Below, piece after piece: positions 38,999 through 48,816 of a DNA stretch of 64,000 bases; within the stretch, counting starts at the first letter, position 1, and every line of letters starts with the position of its first letter. The stretch is from an uncultured Acidobacteriota bacterium (lineage in GTDB: Bacteria; Acidobacteriota; Thermoanaerobaculia; UBA5066; Gp7-AA6): the NCBI GenBank assembly GCA_963823185.1, contig CAWGKP010000011.1:413805-477804 (forward strand), read 5' to 3'. The notes beneath the pieces were generated by a model. The model saw only the letters and a program-made list of their open reading frames with translations, was not told the DNA's origin and did not search any database. Made by a program: the position numbers and the translations under genes.

Positions 38999-41350
38999 AT
39001 GGCATCGCGCATCTTCGGCTCCGGAATCAAGCGGCGCGAAGACCCGCGGCTCCTGACGGGCCAGGCCCGCTACACCGACGATTTCGTCCTCCCCAACATG
39101 GCGCATATGGCGGTCGTGCGCTCGCCTTACGCGCACGCGCGCATCAAAGGAATCCGGACGAAGAAAGCCGCCGCGATGGAGGGCGTGCTCGGTGTCTTCA
39201 CCGGCCCGGACATGAAGGCCGCCGGCTTCGGTCCGATCCCCTGCGCCTGGGTCGTGCCGGGCTCCGACACGAAGACGCCGCCGTACCCGCCGCTCGCCCT
39301 CGACACGGTGCGCTACGTCGGCAACGCCGTCGCGATCGTCGTGGCGACCGACCGCTACCTCGCGCGCGACGCGGCAGACGCCGTCGACGTGGACTACGAG
39401 CCGCTGCCGGCGGTCGCCGACGCCGCGAAGGCCGTCGAGAAGGGGCGACCGCAGCTCCACGCCGATGTCCCGAACAACCTCTGCTTCCGCTGGACCGTCA
39501 ATGGCGGCGACGTGGACGCGGCCTTCAAGGCGGCCGACGTCGTCGTGAAGGAGCGCATCATCAACCAGCGGCTCATCCCCAACGCAATGGAGCCGCGCGC
39601 GGCGCTCGCGGACTATCGCTCCGCGACGAGCGAGGTCACGCTCTGGGTGACGTCGCAGAACCCGCACATCGTCCGCTTCCTGCTCTCCCTCGACACGGGC
39701 ATCGCCGAACAGAAGATCCGCGTCATCGCGCCGGAGGTGGGCGGCGGTTTCGGGAGCAAGATCCCCCACTACCCCGAGGACGCCATGGTCGTCTTCGCGT
39801 CGAAGATGTGCGGATGCCCGGTCAAGTGGACCGAGACGCGCAGCGAGAACTACCGCGGGACGATCCACGGCCGCGATCACATTCAGGACGTCGAGCTCGC
39901 GGCGAAGAAGGACGGCAAGATCGTCGGCATCCGCGCGACGGTCTGGGCGAACCTCGGCGCATACCTCTCGACGGCCTCGACCGGCATTCCGACGATCCTC
40001 CACGGCCTGATGCTCTCGGGCGTCTACGACATCCCGAACATCCGCGAGGTCGTGCACGGAGTCTTCACGAACACGACGCCGACGGACGCCTACCGCGGCG
40101 CGGGCCGGCCCGAGGCGACCTTCATGATCGAGCGGCTCGTGGACCTGCTCGCACAGAAGCTCAAGATGGATCCCGCGGAGCTGCGCAAGAAGAACTTCAT
40201 CGCGCCGTTCACGGACGGTCATACGGTCGCGACCGGCGTCACCTACGACACGGGCAACTACGCCGGCGCCTTCGACAAGGCGCTGAAGATGGCCGACTAC
40301 TCGGGCCTCCGGAAGAAGCAGGCGGAAGGACGCAAGAAGGGCGAGTACGTGGGCGTCGGGATCTGCACGTACGCGGAAATCTGCGGCCTCGGACCCTCGC
40401 AGGTCGCGGGCGCGGTCGGGTTCGGCGGCGGCCTGTGGGAGAGCGCGATCGTGCGCTTCCATCCGTCCGGCAAGGTCAACGTCATGGTCGGCATCTCGCC
40501 GCACGGCCAGGGCGAGGAGACGACCTTCGCCCAGATCGTCGCGAGCGAGCTCGGCGTCGCGGTGGACGACGTGGAGATCACGCACGGCGACACCGAGCGC
40601 ACGCCCATGGGTTGGGGCAGCTACGGCAGCCGCTCGACGCCGGTCGGCAGCGGCGCGGTCATGGGCGCGATCGCCAAGATCAAGGAGAAGGCGAAGATCG
40701 TCACCGCGCACCTGCTCGAGGCCGCGGTCGAGGACATCGAATACGGCGACGGGAAGTTCTTCGTGAAGGGCTCGCCCGGAAAGTTCAAGACGATCCAGGA
40801 CGTGGCGCTCATGGCCAACGTCGCGTGGAACTATCCCAAGGGCCTCGAGCCCGGCCTCGAGGCCTCGGCGTTCTTCGATCCTCCCAACTTCGTCTATCCC
40901 TTCGGCGCGCACCTCGCCGTCGTGAAAGTGGACGGCGAGACCGGCGAGGTCCGGCTCGAGAAATACGTCGCCGTGGACGACTGCGGCCGCGTCATCAATC
41001 CGGTGATCGTCGCCGGGCAGATCCACGGTGGCGTCGTGCAGGGCATCGGGCAGGCGCTCTGGGAAGGCGCCGTGTACGACGAGAACGGACAGCTCCTGAC
41101 GGGCTCGATGATGGACTACGCGCTGCCGAAGGCGGAATTCTTCCCCGAGCTCGAGCTCGGCATGACCGAGACCCCGACGACCGTCAATCCGCTCGGCGTG
41201 AAGGGAATCGGCGAGACGGGTACCATCGCCTCGACGCCGGCCGTCTACAACGCGGTGCTGGACGCGCTCGCGCCGCTCGGCGTCGCGAAGATCGACATGC
41301 CGCTGACGCCCGAGCGCGTGTGGCGCGCGATCCAGAGCGCGCGGAGGTAG
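38999..41350 (+). CDS. coxL: molybdopterin large subunit of xanthine dehydrogenase family (form II CoxL-like)
   Basis: RREDPRLL, VGGGFGSK, active-site loop AYRGAGRPEA (form II), HGQG, GQIHGG..QGIG and KGIGE motifs. Confidence 0.9.
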   Translation: MASRIFGSGIKRREDPRLLTGQARYTDDFVLPNMAHMAVVRSPYAHARIKGIRTKKAAAMEGVLGVFTGPDMKAAGFGPIPCAWVVPGSDTKTPPYPPLALDTVRYVGNAVAIVVATDRYLARDAADAVDVDYEPLPAVADAAKAVEKGRPQLHADVPNNLCFRWTVNGGDVDAAFKAADVVVKERIINQRLIPNAMEPRAALADYRSATSEVTLWVTSQNPHIVRFLLSLDTGIAEQKIRVIAPEVGGGFGSKIPHYPEDAMVVFASKMCGCPVKWTETRSENYRGTIHGRDHIQDVELAAKKDGKIVGIRATVWANLGAYLSTASTGIPTILHGLMLSGVYDIPNIREVVHGVFTNTTPTDAYRGAGRPEATFMIERLVDLLAQKLKMDPAELRKKNFIAPFTDGHTVATGVTYDTGNYAGAFDKALKMADYSGLRKKQAEGRKKGEYVGVGICTYAEICGLGPSQVAGAVGFGGGLWESAIVRFHPSGKVNVMVGISPHGQGEETTFAQIVASELGVAVDDVEITHGDTERTPMGWGSYGSRSTPVGSGAVMGAIAKIKEKAKIVTAHLLEAAVEDIEYGDGKFFVKGSPGKFKTIQDVALMANVAWNYPKGLEPGLEASAFFDPPNFVYPFGAHLAVVKVDGETGEVRLEKYVAVDDCGRVINPVIVAGQIHGGVVQGIGQALWEGAVYDENGQLLTGSMMDYALPKAEFFPELELGMTETPTTVNPLGVKGIGETGTIASTPAVYNAVLDALAPLGVAKIDMPLTPERVWRAIQSARR

Positions 41351-41352
41351 CC

Positions 41353-42219
41353 ATGTATTCCGAACGCTTCGAATATTTCCGGCCCAAGACGATCGCCGAA
41401 GCCTCGCAGCTCCTCAAGAAGCACAAGGGCGCGCGCCTGCTCGCCGGAGGGCACAGCCTCCTGCCGGCGATGAAGCTCCGCCTCGCGAGCCCGAAGGCGC
41501 TCGTAGACATCGGCCGGATCAAGGGCCTCTGCGGCATCGAGAAGCGCGGCAAGGGCATCTGGATCGGTGCGACGACGATCCATGCCGACATCGCGGGCTC
41601 GGCCGTGCTCCGCAAGTCCTGCCCCGTGCTTTCCGAGGCGGCGGCGCAGATCGGCGACATCCAGGTCCGCAATCGCGGGACGATCGGTGGCTCGATCGCC
41701 CACGCCGACCCGGCGGCGGACCTGCCGACGGTCCTCATCGCGATCGGCGCGACGGTCGTCGCGAAGGGGCCGAAGGGCGAGCGGAAGATTCCCGCGGAGA
41801 AGTTCTTCGTGGACCTCTTCACGACGACCCTGAAGGCGGGCGAGATCGTGACGGCCGTCCTCGTCCCGCCGCAGGGCAAGGGAACCGGCGCGGCCTACCA
41901 GAAACACCCGCACCCCGCCTCGCGCTTCGCGGTGGCGGGCGCGGCGGCGGTCGTGACCCTGCGCGACGGACGCTGCGAATCGGCGAGCCTCGTCGTCGGC
42001 GGCACGACGGTGAACCCCGTGCGCGTCGTGGCGGCAGAGAAGATCCTCGTCGGGCAGAAGCCCGACGCCGCGGCGATCGCGAAGGCGGCGGACCAGGTCG
42101 CGGGCGCGATCGCCGATCCGCTCGGCGACAGCTACGCCTCGGGCGAGTTCCGCAAACATCTGGCGACGGTGCTGGCCAAACGTGCCCTCACGGCGGCCTT
42201 CGAACGCGCGCGGGGCTGA
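41353..42219 (+). CDS. coxM: FAD-binding medium subunit (CoxM-like)
   Basis: LAGGHSLLP and QVRNRGTIGGSIAHADPAAD motifs. Confidence 0.92.
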   Translation: MYSERFEYFRPKTIAEASQLLKKHKGARLLAGGHSLLPAMKLRLASPKALVDIGRIKGLCGIEKRGKGIWIGATTIHADIAGSAVLRKSCPVLSEAAAQIGDIQVRNRGTIGGSIAHADPAADLPTVLIAIGATVVAKGPKGERKIPAEKFFVDLFTTTLKAGEIVTAVLVPPQGKGTGAAYQKHPHPASRFAVAGAAAVVTLRDGRCESASLVVGGTTVNPVRVVAAEKILVGQKPDAAAIAKAADQVAGAIADPLGDSYASGEFRKHLATVLAKRALTAAFERARG

Positions 42220-43153
42220 CGCCGGCTCGGATCGCGCCGCGGGCCGGGGCGCCGCGCCGCCGCAGGACGCGCTCGCCTCCATCGACGCGCTGCAGGAGGC
42301 GCTCGCGAAGCGCAAGTACTTCGCCTCGCGGGCGCTCGCGACCTCGCTCTACCTCTCCTGCAAGCTGTCGCGGCCGCTCTTCCTCGAGGGCGAGGCCGGC
42401 ACGGGAAAGACCGAGGTGGCCAAGGTCCTCGCCGGCGTCCTCGACACGGACCTGATCCGCCTCCAGTGCTACGAGGGTCTCGACGTCCATCACGCCGTCT
42501 ACGAGTGGAACTACGCGCGGCAGATGATGCACATCCGCCTCGCGGAGGCGCGCGGCGGGACGACGGACGAGAAGGAGCTCTTCGGCCCGGAGTTTCTCGA
42601 GCGGCGGCCGCTCCTCGAGGCGATCGAGCCGGCGCGGAAGAAGGCGCCGGTGCTGCTCGTGGACGAGATCGACCGCAGCGACGAGGAGTTCGAGGCGTAC
42701 CTCCTCGAGGTGCTCTCGGACTTCCAGATCACGATCCCCGAGATCGGCACGATCCGCGCGACGCACCCGCCGGCCGTCGTCATCACCTCCAACCGCACGC
42801 GCGAGGTGCACGACGCGCTGAAGCGGCGCTGCCTCTACCAGTGGATCGATTACCCGACGTTCGCCGAGGAGCTCGCGATCCTGCGCGCGAAGGCGCCCGG
42901 CGCCTCGGAGCGCCTGGCCCGCGAGGTCGCGCGCTTCGTCGAGGAGCTGCGCCGCGCCGAGCTGTACAAGCTACCCGGCGTGGCCGAGACGCTCGACTGG
43001 GCGGCCGCGCTCGTCGCGCTCGACCGCCAGGCGCTCGATCTCGCGACGGTGTCCGACACGCTCGGCATCCTCCTCAAGTACCAGGACGACGTCGCGCGAG
43101 TGCGCGGCGAGGCGGCCGCGGCGATCCTCGATCGGGTGAGGGCGGCCGGATGA
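42182..43153 (+). CDS. coxD: MoxR-type AAA+ ATPase (CoxD-like)
   Basis: EGEAGTGKT, RLQCYEG, VDEIDR and HDALKRRC motifs; start codon uncertain. Confidence 0.9.
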   Translation: MPSRRPSNARGADAGSDRAAGRGAAPPQDALASIDALQEALAKRKYFASRALATSLYLSCKLSRPLFLEGEAGTGKTEVAKVLAGVLDTDLIRLQCYEGLDVHHAVYEWNYARQMMHIRLAEARGGTTDEKELFGPEFLERRPLLEAIEPARKKAPVLLVDEIDRSDEEFEAYLLEVLSDFQITIPEIGTIRATHPPAVVITSNRTREVHDALKRRCLYQWIDYPTFAEELAILRAKAPGASERLAREVARFVEELRRAELYKLPGVAETLDWAAALVALDRQALDLATVSDTLGILLKYQDDVARVRGEAAAAILDRVRAAG

Positions 43154-44334
43154 GCGGGAATCTCGCCGGCAACATCCTCCTCTTCGGCCGCGTCCTGCGC
43201 GGCCTCGGACTCGACGCCGGCACCGGGCGGATGCTCGACGTCGTCGCGGCGCTCGAGCACGTCCCGATCGGCGCGAAGGCCGACTTCTACTACGCCGCGC
43301 GGTCGCTCACGACCCGCCGGCGCGAGGACCTGCCGGTCTTCGACCGCGCCTTCGAGGCCTTCTGGCGCAAGCCCGCGAGCGGAAGCCGCTCGGCGCGCGA
43401 CCTGGCCGCGCTCGGCGAGCGGCGCCGGCTGCGGCCGCCGTCGTTCGATCCGGCCCCCGAGACGCCGGACGGCGGACCGGGCGCCGGCGACGCGCCCGCG
43501 GAGACCCGCCTCGTCCCGGCGCGCGTCGGGTGGAGCGCGCAGGAGATCCTCCGCCGCAAGGACTTCGCCGACCTCACCGCCGAGGAGCTCGAGCGCGTTC
43601 GCGCGCTGATCCGCGGCCTCGCGTGGCGCGTCGCGACGCGGCCGACGCGCCGCCGCCGTCCGGGAGCGGGTGCCGAGGTGGATTTCCGGCGCACGCTGCG
43701 CGCCAGCCTGCGACACGGCGGCGAGATCCTCGCCTGGGAGCGCCGCGCGCCGCGCCACCGGCCCCGTCCGATCGTCGCGCTCGCCGACGTGAGCGGCTCG
43801 ATGGAACGGTATACGCGCCTGCTGCTCCTCTTCCTCCACGCGCTCTCGCGCGGCCTCGACCATCGCGTCGAGGTCTTCCTCTTCGGCACGCGCCTGACCC
43901 GCGTCACGCGCGAGCTCGCGTCGCGCGATCCCGACGCGGCGCTGGCCGGCGTCTCGGGCGCCGTTCCCGACTGGTCCGGCGGCACCCGGATCGGCGAGGC
44001 GCTGCGTGAGTTCAACTTCCGCTGGGCGCGCCGCGTGCTCGGCGGCGGCGCGGTCGTGCTGGTCATCAGCGACGGCTGGGACCGCGGCGATCCGGATCTG
44101 CTCGCGCGCGAGGCCGCGCGGCTCCAGCGGAGCGCCCACCGGCTCGTCTGGCTGAACCCGCTCCTCGGCGCGGCCGACTATCGCCCCCTCGCGCGCGGCA
44201 TCCGCGCCGCGCTGCCCTTCGTGGACGACTTCCTGCCCGTGCACAACCTCGCGAGCCTCGAGGACCTGGCCGCGCGCCTCGAGCGCATCCCGGCGGATCG
44301 TCCCCGGCGCCGTCAGCGGCGCGAGGCGTCCTGA
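43150..44334 (+). CDS. coxE: VWA domain protein (CoxE-like)
   Basis: MIDAS DVSGSM, DWSGGTRIG, ISDGWD and WLNP motifs. Confidence 0.9.
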   Translation: MSGNLAGNILLFGRVLRGLGLDAGTGRMLDVVAALEHVPIGAKADFYYAARSLTTRRREDLPVFDRAFEAFWRKPASGSRSARDLAALGERRRLRPPSFDPAPETPDGGPGAGDAPAETRLVPARVGWSAQEILRRKDFADLTAEELERVRALIRGLAWRVATRPTRRRRPGAGAEVDFRRTLRASLRHGGEILAWERRAPRHRPRPIVALADVSGSMERYTRLLLLFLHALSRGLDHRVEVFLFGTRLTRVTRELASRDPDAALAGVSGAVPDWSGGTRIGEALREFNFRWARRVLGGGAVVLVISDGWDRGDPDLLAREAARLQRSAHRLVWLNPLLGAADYRPLARGIRAALPFVDDFLPVHNLASLEDLAARLERIPADRPRRRQRREAS

Positions 44335-44336
44335 CG

Positions 44337-45365
44337 ATGCGCGAAGTCCTTGCGGACGTGCGGCGGTGGCGCGGCGAGGGCCAGCCCGTGGCGCTCGCGA
44401 CGGTCGTCGAGACGTGGGGCTCGGCGCCCCGCGCCGTCGGGGCGAAGATGGCGCTCACTCCGGACGGCGGCATCTCGGGCTCCGTTTCGGGCGGATGCGT
44501 CGAGGGCGCGGTCGTCGAGGCGGGGCGGCACGCGCTCGCGGCGGCGAAGCCCCGGCTCCTCTCCTTCGGCGTCACGGACGAGCGCGCGTGGGAGGTCGGC
44601 CTCGCGTGCGGCGGGAAGATCGAGGTCTTCGTCGCGCCGCTCGACCCCGCGGTGTTCGAAGCGCAGGCGCGCGCGCTCGACTCGGAAAGCCTGGCCGTCT
44701 CGGCCACCGTCGTCCGCGGACCGGAGAACCTCCTCGGCCGCACGCGGCTGCGGATCGAGGGAGGAGCTCCTGCGGGAACGATCGATCCGGCGCTCGACGC
44801 CGCGGCCGACGCGGCCATCGCCGAGGCCCGCACGCGCCGCGTCGAGGCGGCGTCGCAGGCGGGCGAGGCCTGCGAGCTCTTCGTCGAGGCGATCCGGCCG
44901 GCGCCGACGCTCGTCGTCGTGGGCGGCGTGCACATCGCGGTCGCGCTGACGGCGCTCGCGAAGACCCTCGGCTTCCGCACGATCGTCGTCGATCCGCGCA
45001 CCGCGTTCGGCAACGCCGAGCGGTTTCCGGGCGCGGACAAGCTCGTCGCCGAGTGGCCCGCGAAGGCGCTCGCCGATCTCGGCCTCACCTCCTCGACCGC
45101 CGTGGCGGTTCTCTCGCACGATCCGAAGCTCGACGACCCGGCGTTGACCGCCGCGCTGCCCTCGTCCGCCTTCTACGTCGGCGCGCTCGGCAGCAAGCGG
45201 ACCCACGAGAAACGGCGCCGGCGCCTGCTCGAGGCGGGGATCACCGAGGAGCAGCTCGGACGTCTCCGCGCGCCGATCGGGCTCCCCCTCGGCGGACGCG
45301 CGCCCGAGGAGATCGCGCTCGCGATCCTGGCGGAGATCGTCGCCGCGAAAAACGCGGCGCTCTGA
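44337..45365 (+). CDS. xdhC: XdhC/CoxF family Moco maturation factor
   Basis: WGSAPR..G, GSVSGGCVE, GLACGG, YVGALGS and APIG..PEEIA motifs. Confidence 0.92.
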   Translation: MREVLADVRRWRGEGQPVALATVVETWGSAPRAVGAKMALTPDGGISGSVSGGCVEGAVVEAGRHALAAAKPRLLSFGVTDERAWEVGLACGGKIEVFVAPLDPAVFEAQARALDSESLAVSATVVRGPENLLGRTRLRIEGGAPAGTIDPALDAAADAAIAEARTRRVEAASQAGEACELFVEAIRPAPTLVVVGGVHIAVALTALAKTLGFRTIVVDPRTAFGNAERFPGADKLVAEWPAKALADLGLTSSTAVAVLSHDPKLDDPALTAALPSSAFYVGALGSKRTHEKRRRRLLEAGITEEQLGRLRAPIGLPLGGRAPEEIALAILAEIVAAKNAAL

Positions 45366-45396
45366 GATCGTCGCCGCGAAGAATGCCGTCGCCTGA
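45333..45396 (+). repeat. tandem duplication of the last 11 codons of xdhC
   Basis: GAGATCGTCGCCGCGAA is exact at 45333 and 45364; both copies run 33 nt to a TGA (EIVAAKNAAL* versus EIVAAKNAVA*). Confidence 0.8.
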
Positions 45397-45408
45397 CGCG
45401 ACGCCGTC

Positions 45409-47019
45409 TCAGCGGCTGCCGCGCTCGGCGAGGGCGTGCGTCACGGAGGCGCGCGACCCGGGCACGAGGAATTCGCGGGCGCGCGTCTCGGCGGCCCGGT
45501 CCGCCTGGGTCCCCCGGCTGTGCTGGCGCAGATGCTCCGCCCACGACTCGATGAGGAAGTGCTCGACGAACCGCGTCGGGTCCGACGTGTCCTGGAAGAG
45601 CCCCCAGCGGAAGGCGCCGCTGCGGCGCCGGCCGGGAGCGACCGCGTCCATGGCCTCCCGGAACTCTCCTTCGCGGCCCGGCTGTACGCGGTACTCGACC
45701 GACACGAGGACCGGCCCGCGCGCGGTGTCGAGACCGGCGGGAACCTCCGGCATGGGCCAGGGGCTCTCGGCGGCCTCGACGAGCTCCTCGCTCCCCGCCG
45801 AGAGCGGAAAACGGCGGGCGGCGGCGAGCATCGCCACGGCGAGCGTGCCGCCCGCGGCGACGAAGGCGGCGGTGATCCCGCCGTGCGTGGCGACGAAGCC
45901 CCAGACCGACGCGCCCGAGGCCATCGCGCCGGAGGTGGTCAGGAGGTAGACGGCGAGCGCCCGCCCGCGCACCCACTGCGGGACGGAGGTCTGCGTGATG
46001 ACCTGAAAGCTCGAAAGATTCGTCAGCCAGACGATCCCGCACACGAACATCGCCGCGGCGACGAGCGGGAAGGCCCGCGAGGTGCCCGCGACCGCGAGAC
46101 CGGCGGCATAGGCCATCGAGAGCGTCGTGATGATCGCGGCGGACGAGAAGCGCGCGCGGATCCACGGCAGTACCCCGGCCGCCGCCACGGCGCCGGTCCC
46201 GAAGCAGCCGACGAGCGATCCGAAGCCGAACGCGGAGAGATGCATCTCGTGCCGCGCGAGCACCGGCAGGAGGGCGAAGACGGCGATCGCCGAGAAGAGG
46301 AACGCGAACGCCTGGATCAGCACGCCGTGGAGCTGCGGCGCCCAGCGCACGTAGCGAACGCCGGTGCGGATCGCCGCCGCGACACGCTCGGCCGGAAGGA
46401 CGCTCTTTTCCGCCGGGCGCTTCCATCGCCAGACCACGAGGACCACCGCGAGAAATGAGACGGCGTTCAGCACGAAGACGCCACCCGGCCCGATCGCCGC
46501 GACGAGGGCTCCCCCGGCCGCCGGCCCGAGCGCCCGCGCGATGTTGAAGCCGACCCCGTTCAGAGTAATCGCCGGCGCGAGCTCCGCGCGCGGGACGACC
46601 TCGGGGATGACCGCCTGCCAAGCCGGCACGGTCAGCGCGCTCCCCACCCCGAGCCCGAACCCCGCGAGGATCAGCACGCCCGGCGTCGCGCGCCCCGCGA
46701 GCGTGGCCGCGCCGAGGAGCGCCGCGACCGCCAGCATCCAGAGCTGGGTGGTCAGGAGCAGGCGTCTCCGGTCGAGCACGTCCGCGAGCGCTCCGGCCGG
46801 GAGCGCGAGCAGGAAGATCGCGCCGAACTCCGCCGAGCGCAGGAGCGACACGAGCGCCGGCGACGGCGTCAGCGACGTCATCAGCCACGCTTCCCCGATG
46901 TCCTGCATCCAGGTCCCGAAGTTCGAGACGAGCGACGCGATCCAGAGCGCGCGGAAGAGCGGGTGGACGAGCGGCGCCCAGGCCGATCCGGCGTCCGCCG
47001 GCGCCGCGCGGGCGCTCAT
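45409..47019 (-). CDS. MFS transporter (MFS_3 type) with C-terminal soluble domain
   Basis: FRALWIASLVSNFGTWMQ, GALADVLDRRRLL, NIARALGPA, about 12 TM helices and C-terminal GPVLVSVEY..ESWAEHLRQH; ATG overlaps the upstream stop. Confidence 0.9.
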   Translation of the reverse strand: MSARAAPADAGSAWAPLVHPLFRALWIASLVSNFGTWMQDIGEAWLMTSLTPSPALVSLLRSAEFGAIFLLALPAGALADVLDRRRLLLTTQLWMLAVAALLGAATLAGRATPGVLILAGFGLGVGSALTVPAWQAVIPEVVPRAELAPAITLNGVGFNIARALGPAAGGALVAAIGPGGVFVLNAVSFLAVVLVVWRWKRPAEKSVLPAERVAAAIRTGVRYVRWAPQLHGVLIQAFAFLFSAIAVFALLPVLARHEMHLSAFGFGSLVGCFGTGAVAAAGVLPWIRARFSSAAIITTLSMAYAAGLAVAGTSRAFPLVAAAMFVCGIVWLTNLSSFQVITQTSVPQWVRGRALAVYLLTTSGAMASGASVWGFVATHGGITAAFVAAGGTLAVAMLAAARRFPLSAGSEELVEAAESPWPMPEVPAGLDTARGPVLVSVEYRVQPGREGEFREAMDAVAPGRRRSGAFRWGLFQDTSDPTRFVEHFLIESWAEHLRQHSRGTQADRAAETRAREFLVPGSRASVTHALAERGSR

Positions 47020-48728
47020 GGCCGGCGCGCGCTCCGGCGGGACCCGAGCGCGATGAGCGCGGCGCGCAATCGCGCGTGGCCCTGGAGGAGACGCAGGTAC
47101 CGGCGCTCGGGGGCGCCGGCCTTGGCGCGGAGGATTTCCAGGATCGCCCGCCGCTCCGCGCGCGTCCACCTCGCGAGGTCCCCGATCTCGTCGAGCACCA
47201 GCGCGAAAGACGCGAAGGCCCGCCGCTCGAGCGGCGCGAGCGTCGCGGGGCGCAACCCGAGCGCCTTCGCCACGCGGCGCTCCGCCGCGGCGCGGATCGC
47301 CTCCGCGCTCCCCCCGAACCGTCGGGCCATGCGCCGGTTGACCCGGAGGCCGAGGTTGCGGACGTGGAACCGGTCCCACTCGCCGGACGGCGTGCCCGGC
47401 ACCTCGTAGAGCAGGTTGTGCGTCACGAGGCGCCGCAGGAGGCGCGGCGGCGTGCGGTAGTCCGGGTCCGCCGCGAGCCGCTCCTCTTCCCGCGCCACGA
47501 GCCGCGCGACGCCCCGGTCGGTCGGGCGAAAGCCGAGCTTGCGGTAGAACCAGAAGGCGCCCGACGCGATCGCCTCTTCGTTCTCGAACCCGAGCTGGTA
47601 GGGGTCGATCGAGAAGGACGTGACGCCGAGCGCCTCGCGGTGGAGCTTCATCACCTGCGCGTAGATCCACGCCGACTCCCCTTCCCGGAAGGCGTAGTAG
47701 AGGTTGAAGCCGATCTCGAGCCGCTCGAGGAACGCGAGGCCCTCGATGTAGCCGACCGGCACGCCGTTCTTCACGACGAACCCGCCGTACGCCGAACGCA
47801 GCGGCAGCCGGCGCGCGGGCTCGACGCCGAGGAGGAAGATCTCGACGCCGCGTCCCGGGCGCGCGGCGAGAACCGAGGACGGGTCGGCGTACGTGAACGT
47901 GTAGAACTCGCGGTATCGCGCGGCGGTGGCTTCGCGGACCATGTCGCACACGCGCGCGCCCTCTTTCCGCGACAGGCGGCGGATCGCGAGCGGCGGCTCC
48001 GAGAAGACGCTCGCGAGCGAGACGTCGCGGCGGGCGAGGAGCGGCTTGTCGTGCCGGAATCGCGCCGGGCCCGGCCGGCGCATGAACGTGCGCGAGGCGC
48101 GCGAGCTCCCGAGGTCCCACGCGACGGAGACGCCCAGCGCGTCCCAGCGCTCCGCGCGTTCCGGCGGCAAGAACGGCAGCCGGTCGTAACGGTCGAGCAG
48201 CCAGGCGGCGCCCGGCGTCCGGCCGCCCGCCCCCGCGCCGAGCCAGACGTCGTACGGGACGTTCGCGTCGGCGAGCGCCTCCTCTTCGAGGAGCGGCAGG
48301 AAGGACGGCCAGGTCGCGCGCATCCGCTCCTCGGACCGCGGCACGCCCCAGTCGATGGCGACGCGGCCGGGGTGACGCGCCGCGAGCCACCGGGCGAGAT
48401 CGAACGAGAAGTCGGTTGCGATCGTCGTGCCGGCCACGCCGGCGACCTCCGGCGCGTCGAAGGGCGAGAGGTCGGCGCCGCGTGCCGCGAGGCGCGCGAC
48501 GAGCGCCGGAATCCGGGCGAGCGCGCGCTCCGCGCTCCGCCGCACGCGCTCCGACGGCGGGTACGCGAGGAGGAAGAGCAGGCGATCGTGCAGCCGGATC
48601 AGGAGCTCCGGATCGCGCGCGGCGGCGCGAAGCAGCCGCTCCATTCGTCCCACCGTGCGAACGGCGCTCTCCTGCCGGACGCGCGGATCGCGGAGGAGCG
48701 CGAACGCGGCGTCGTGGGTGGGCGGCAC
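47016..48728 (-). CDS. hypothetical protein (570 aa) with GNAT-like C-terminal motif
   Basis: Protein-like composition and typical codon bias; FREGESA and N.EAIASGAFWFYRKLGFRP segments; translationally coupled to the MFS gene; start approximate. Confidence 0.75.
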   Translation of the reverse strand: MPPTHDAAFALLRDPRVRQESAVRTVGRMERLLRAAARDPELLIRLHDRLLFLLAYPPSERVRRSAERALARIPALVARLAARGADLSPFDAPEVAGVAGTTIATDFSFDLARWLAARHPGRVAIDWGVPRSEERMRATWPSFLPLLEEEALADANVPYDVWLGAGAGGRTPGAAWLLDRYDRLPFLPPERAERWDALGVSVAWDLGSSRASRTFMRRPGPARFRHDKPLLARRDVSLASVFSEPPLAIRRLSRKEGARVCDMVREATAARYREFYTFTYADPSSVLAARPGRGVEIFLLGVEPARRLPLRSAYGGFVVKNGVPVGYIEGLAFLERLEIGFNLYYAFREGESAWIYAQVMKLHREALGVTSFSIDPYQLGFENEEAIASGAFWFYRKLGFRPTDRGVARLVAREEERLAADPDYRTPPRLLRRLVTHNLLYEVPGTPSGEWDRFHVRNLGLRVNRRMARRFGGSAEAIRAAAERRVAKALGLRPATLAPLERRAFASFALVLDEIGDLARWTRAERRAILEILRAKAGAPERRYLRLLQGHARLRAALIALGSRRSARRP

Positions 48729-48816
48729 GCGCCGGCATGGTAGCCGATTCGCGCCCGTGCGGTTAAGATCGCGCGGCTTCGGGCCCGGAAGAACGACCCA
48801 TCTCGTGAGGAGAACG

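Noticed and set aside
38999-41350. Bona fide aerobic CO dehydrogenase (form I)
   Set aside because: The active-site loop is AYRGAGR, not AYxCSFR, and the gene order is S-L-M.
45409-48738. 1109-aa ORF as a giant MFS fusion
   Set aside because: Its N-terminal half is Arg/Ala/Pro-rich off-frame translation over the real 47016-48728 gene; the MFS starts at ATG 47019.
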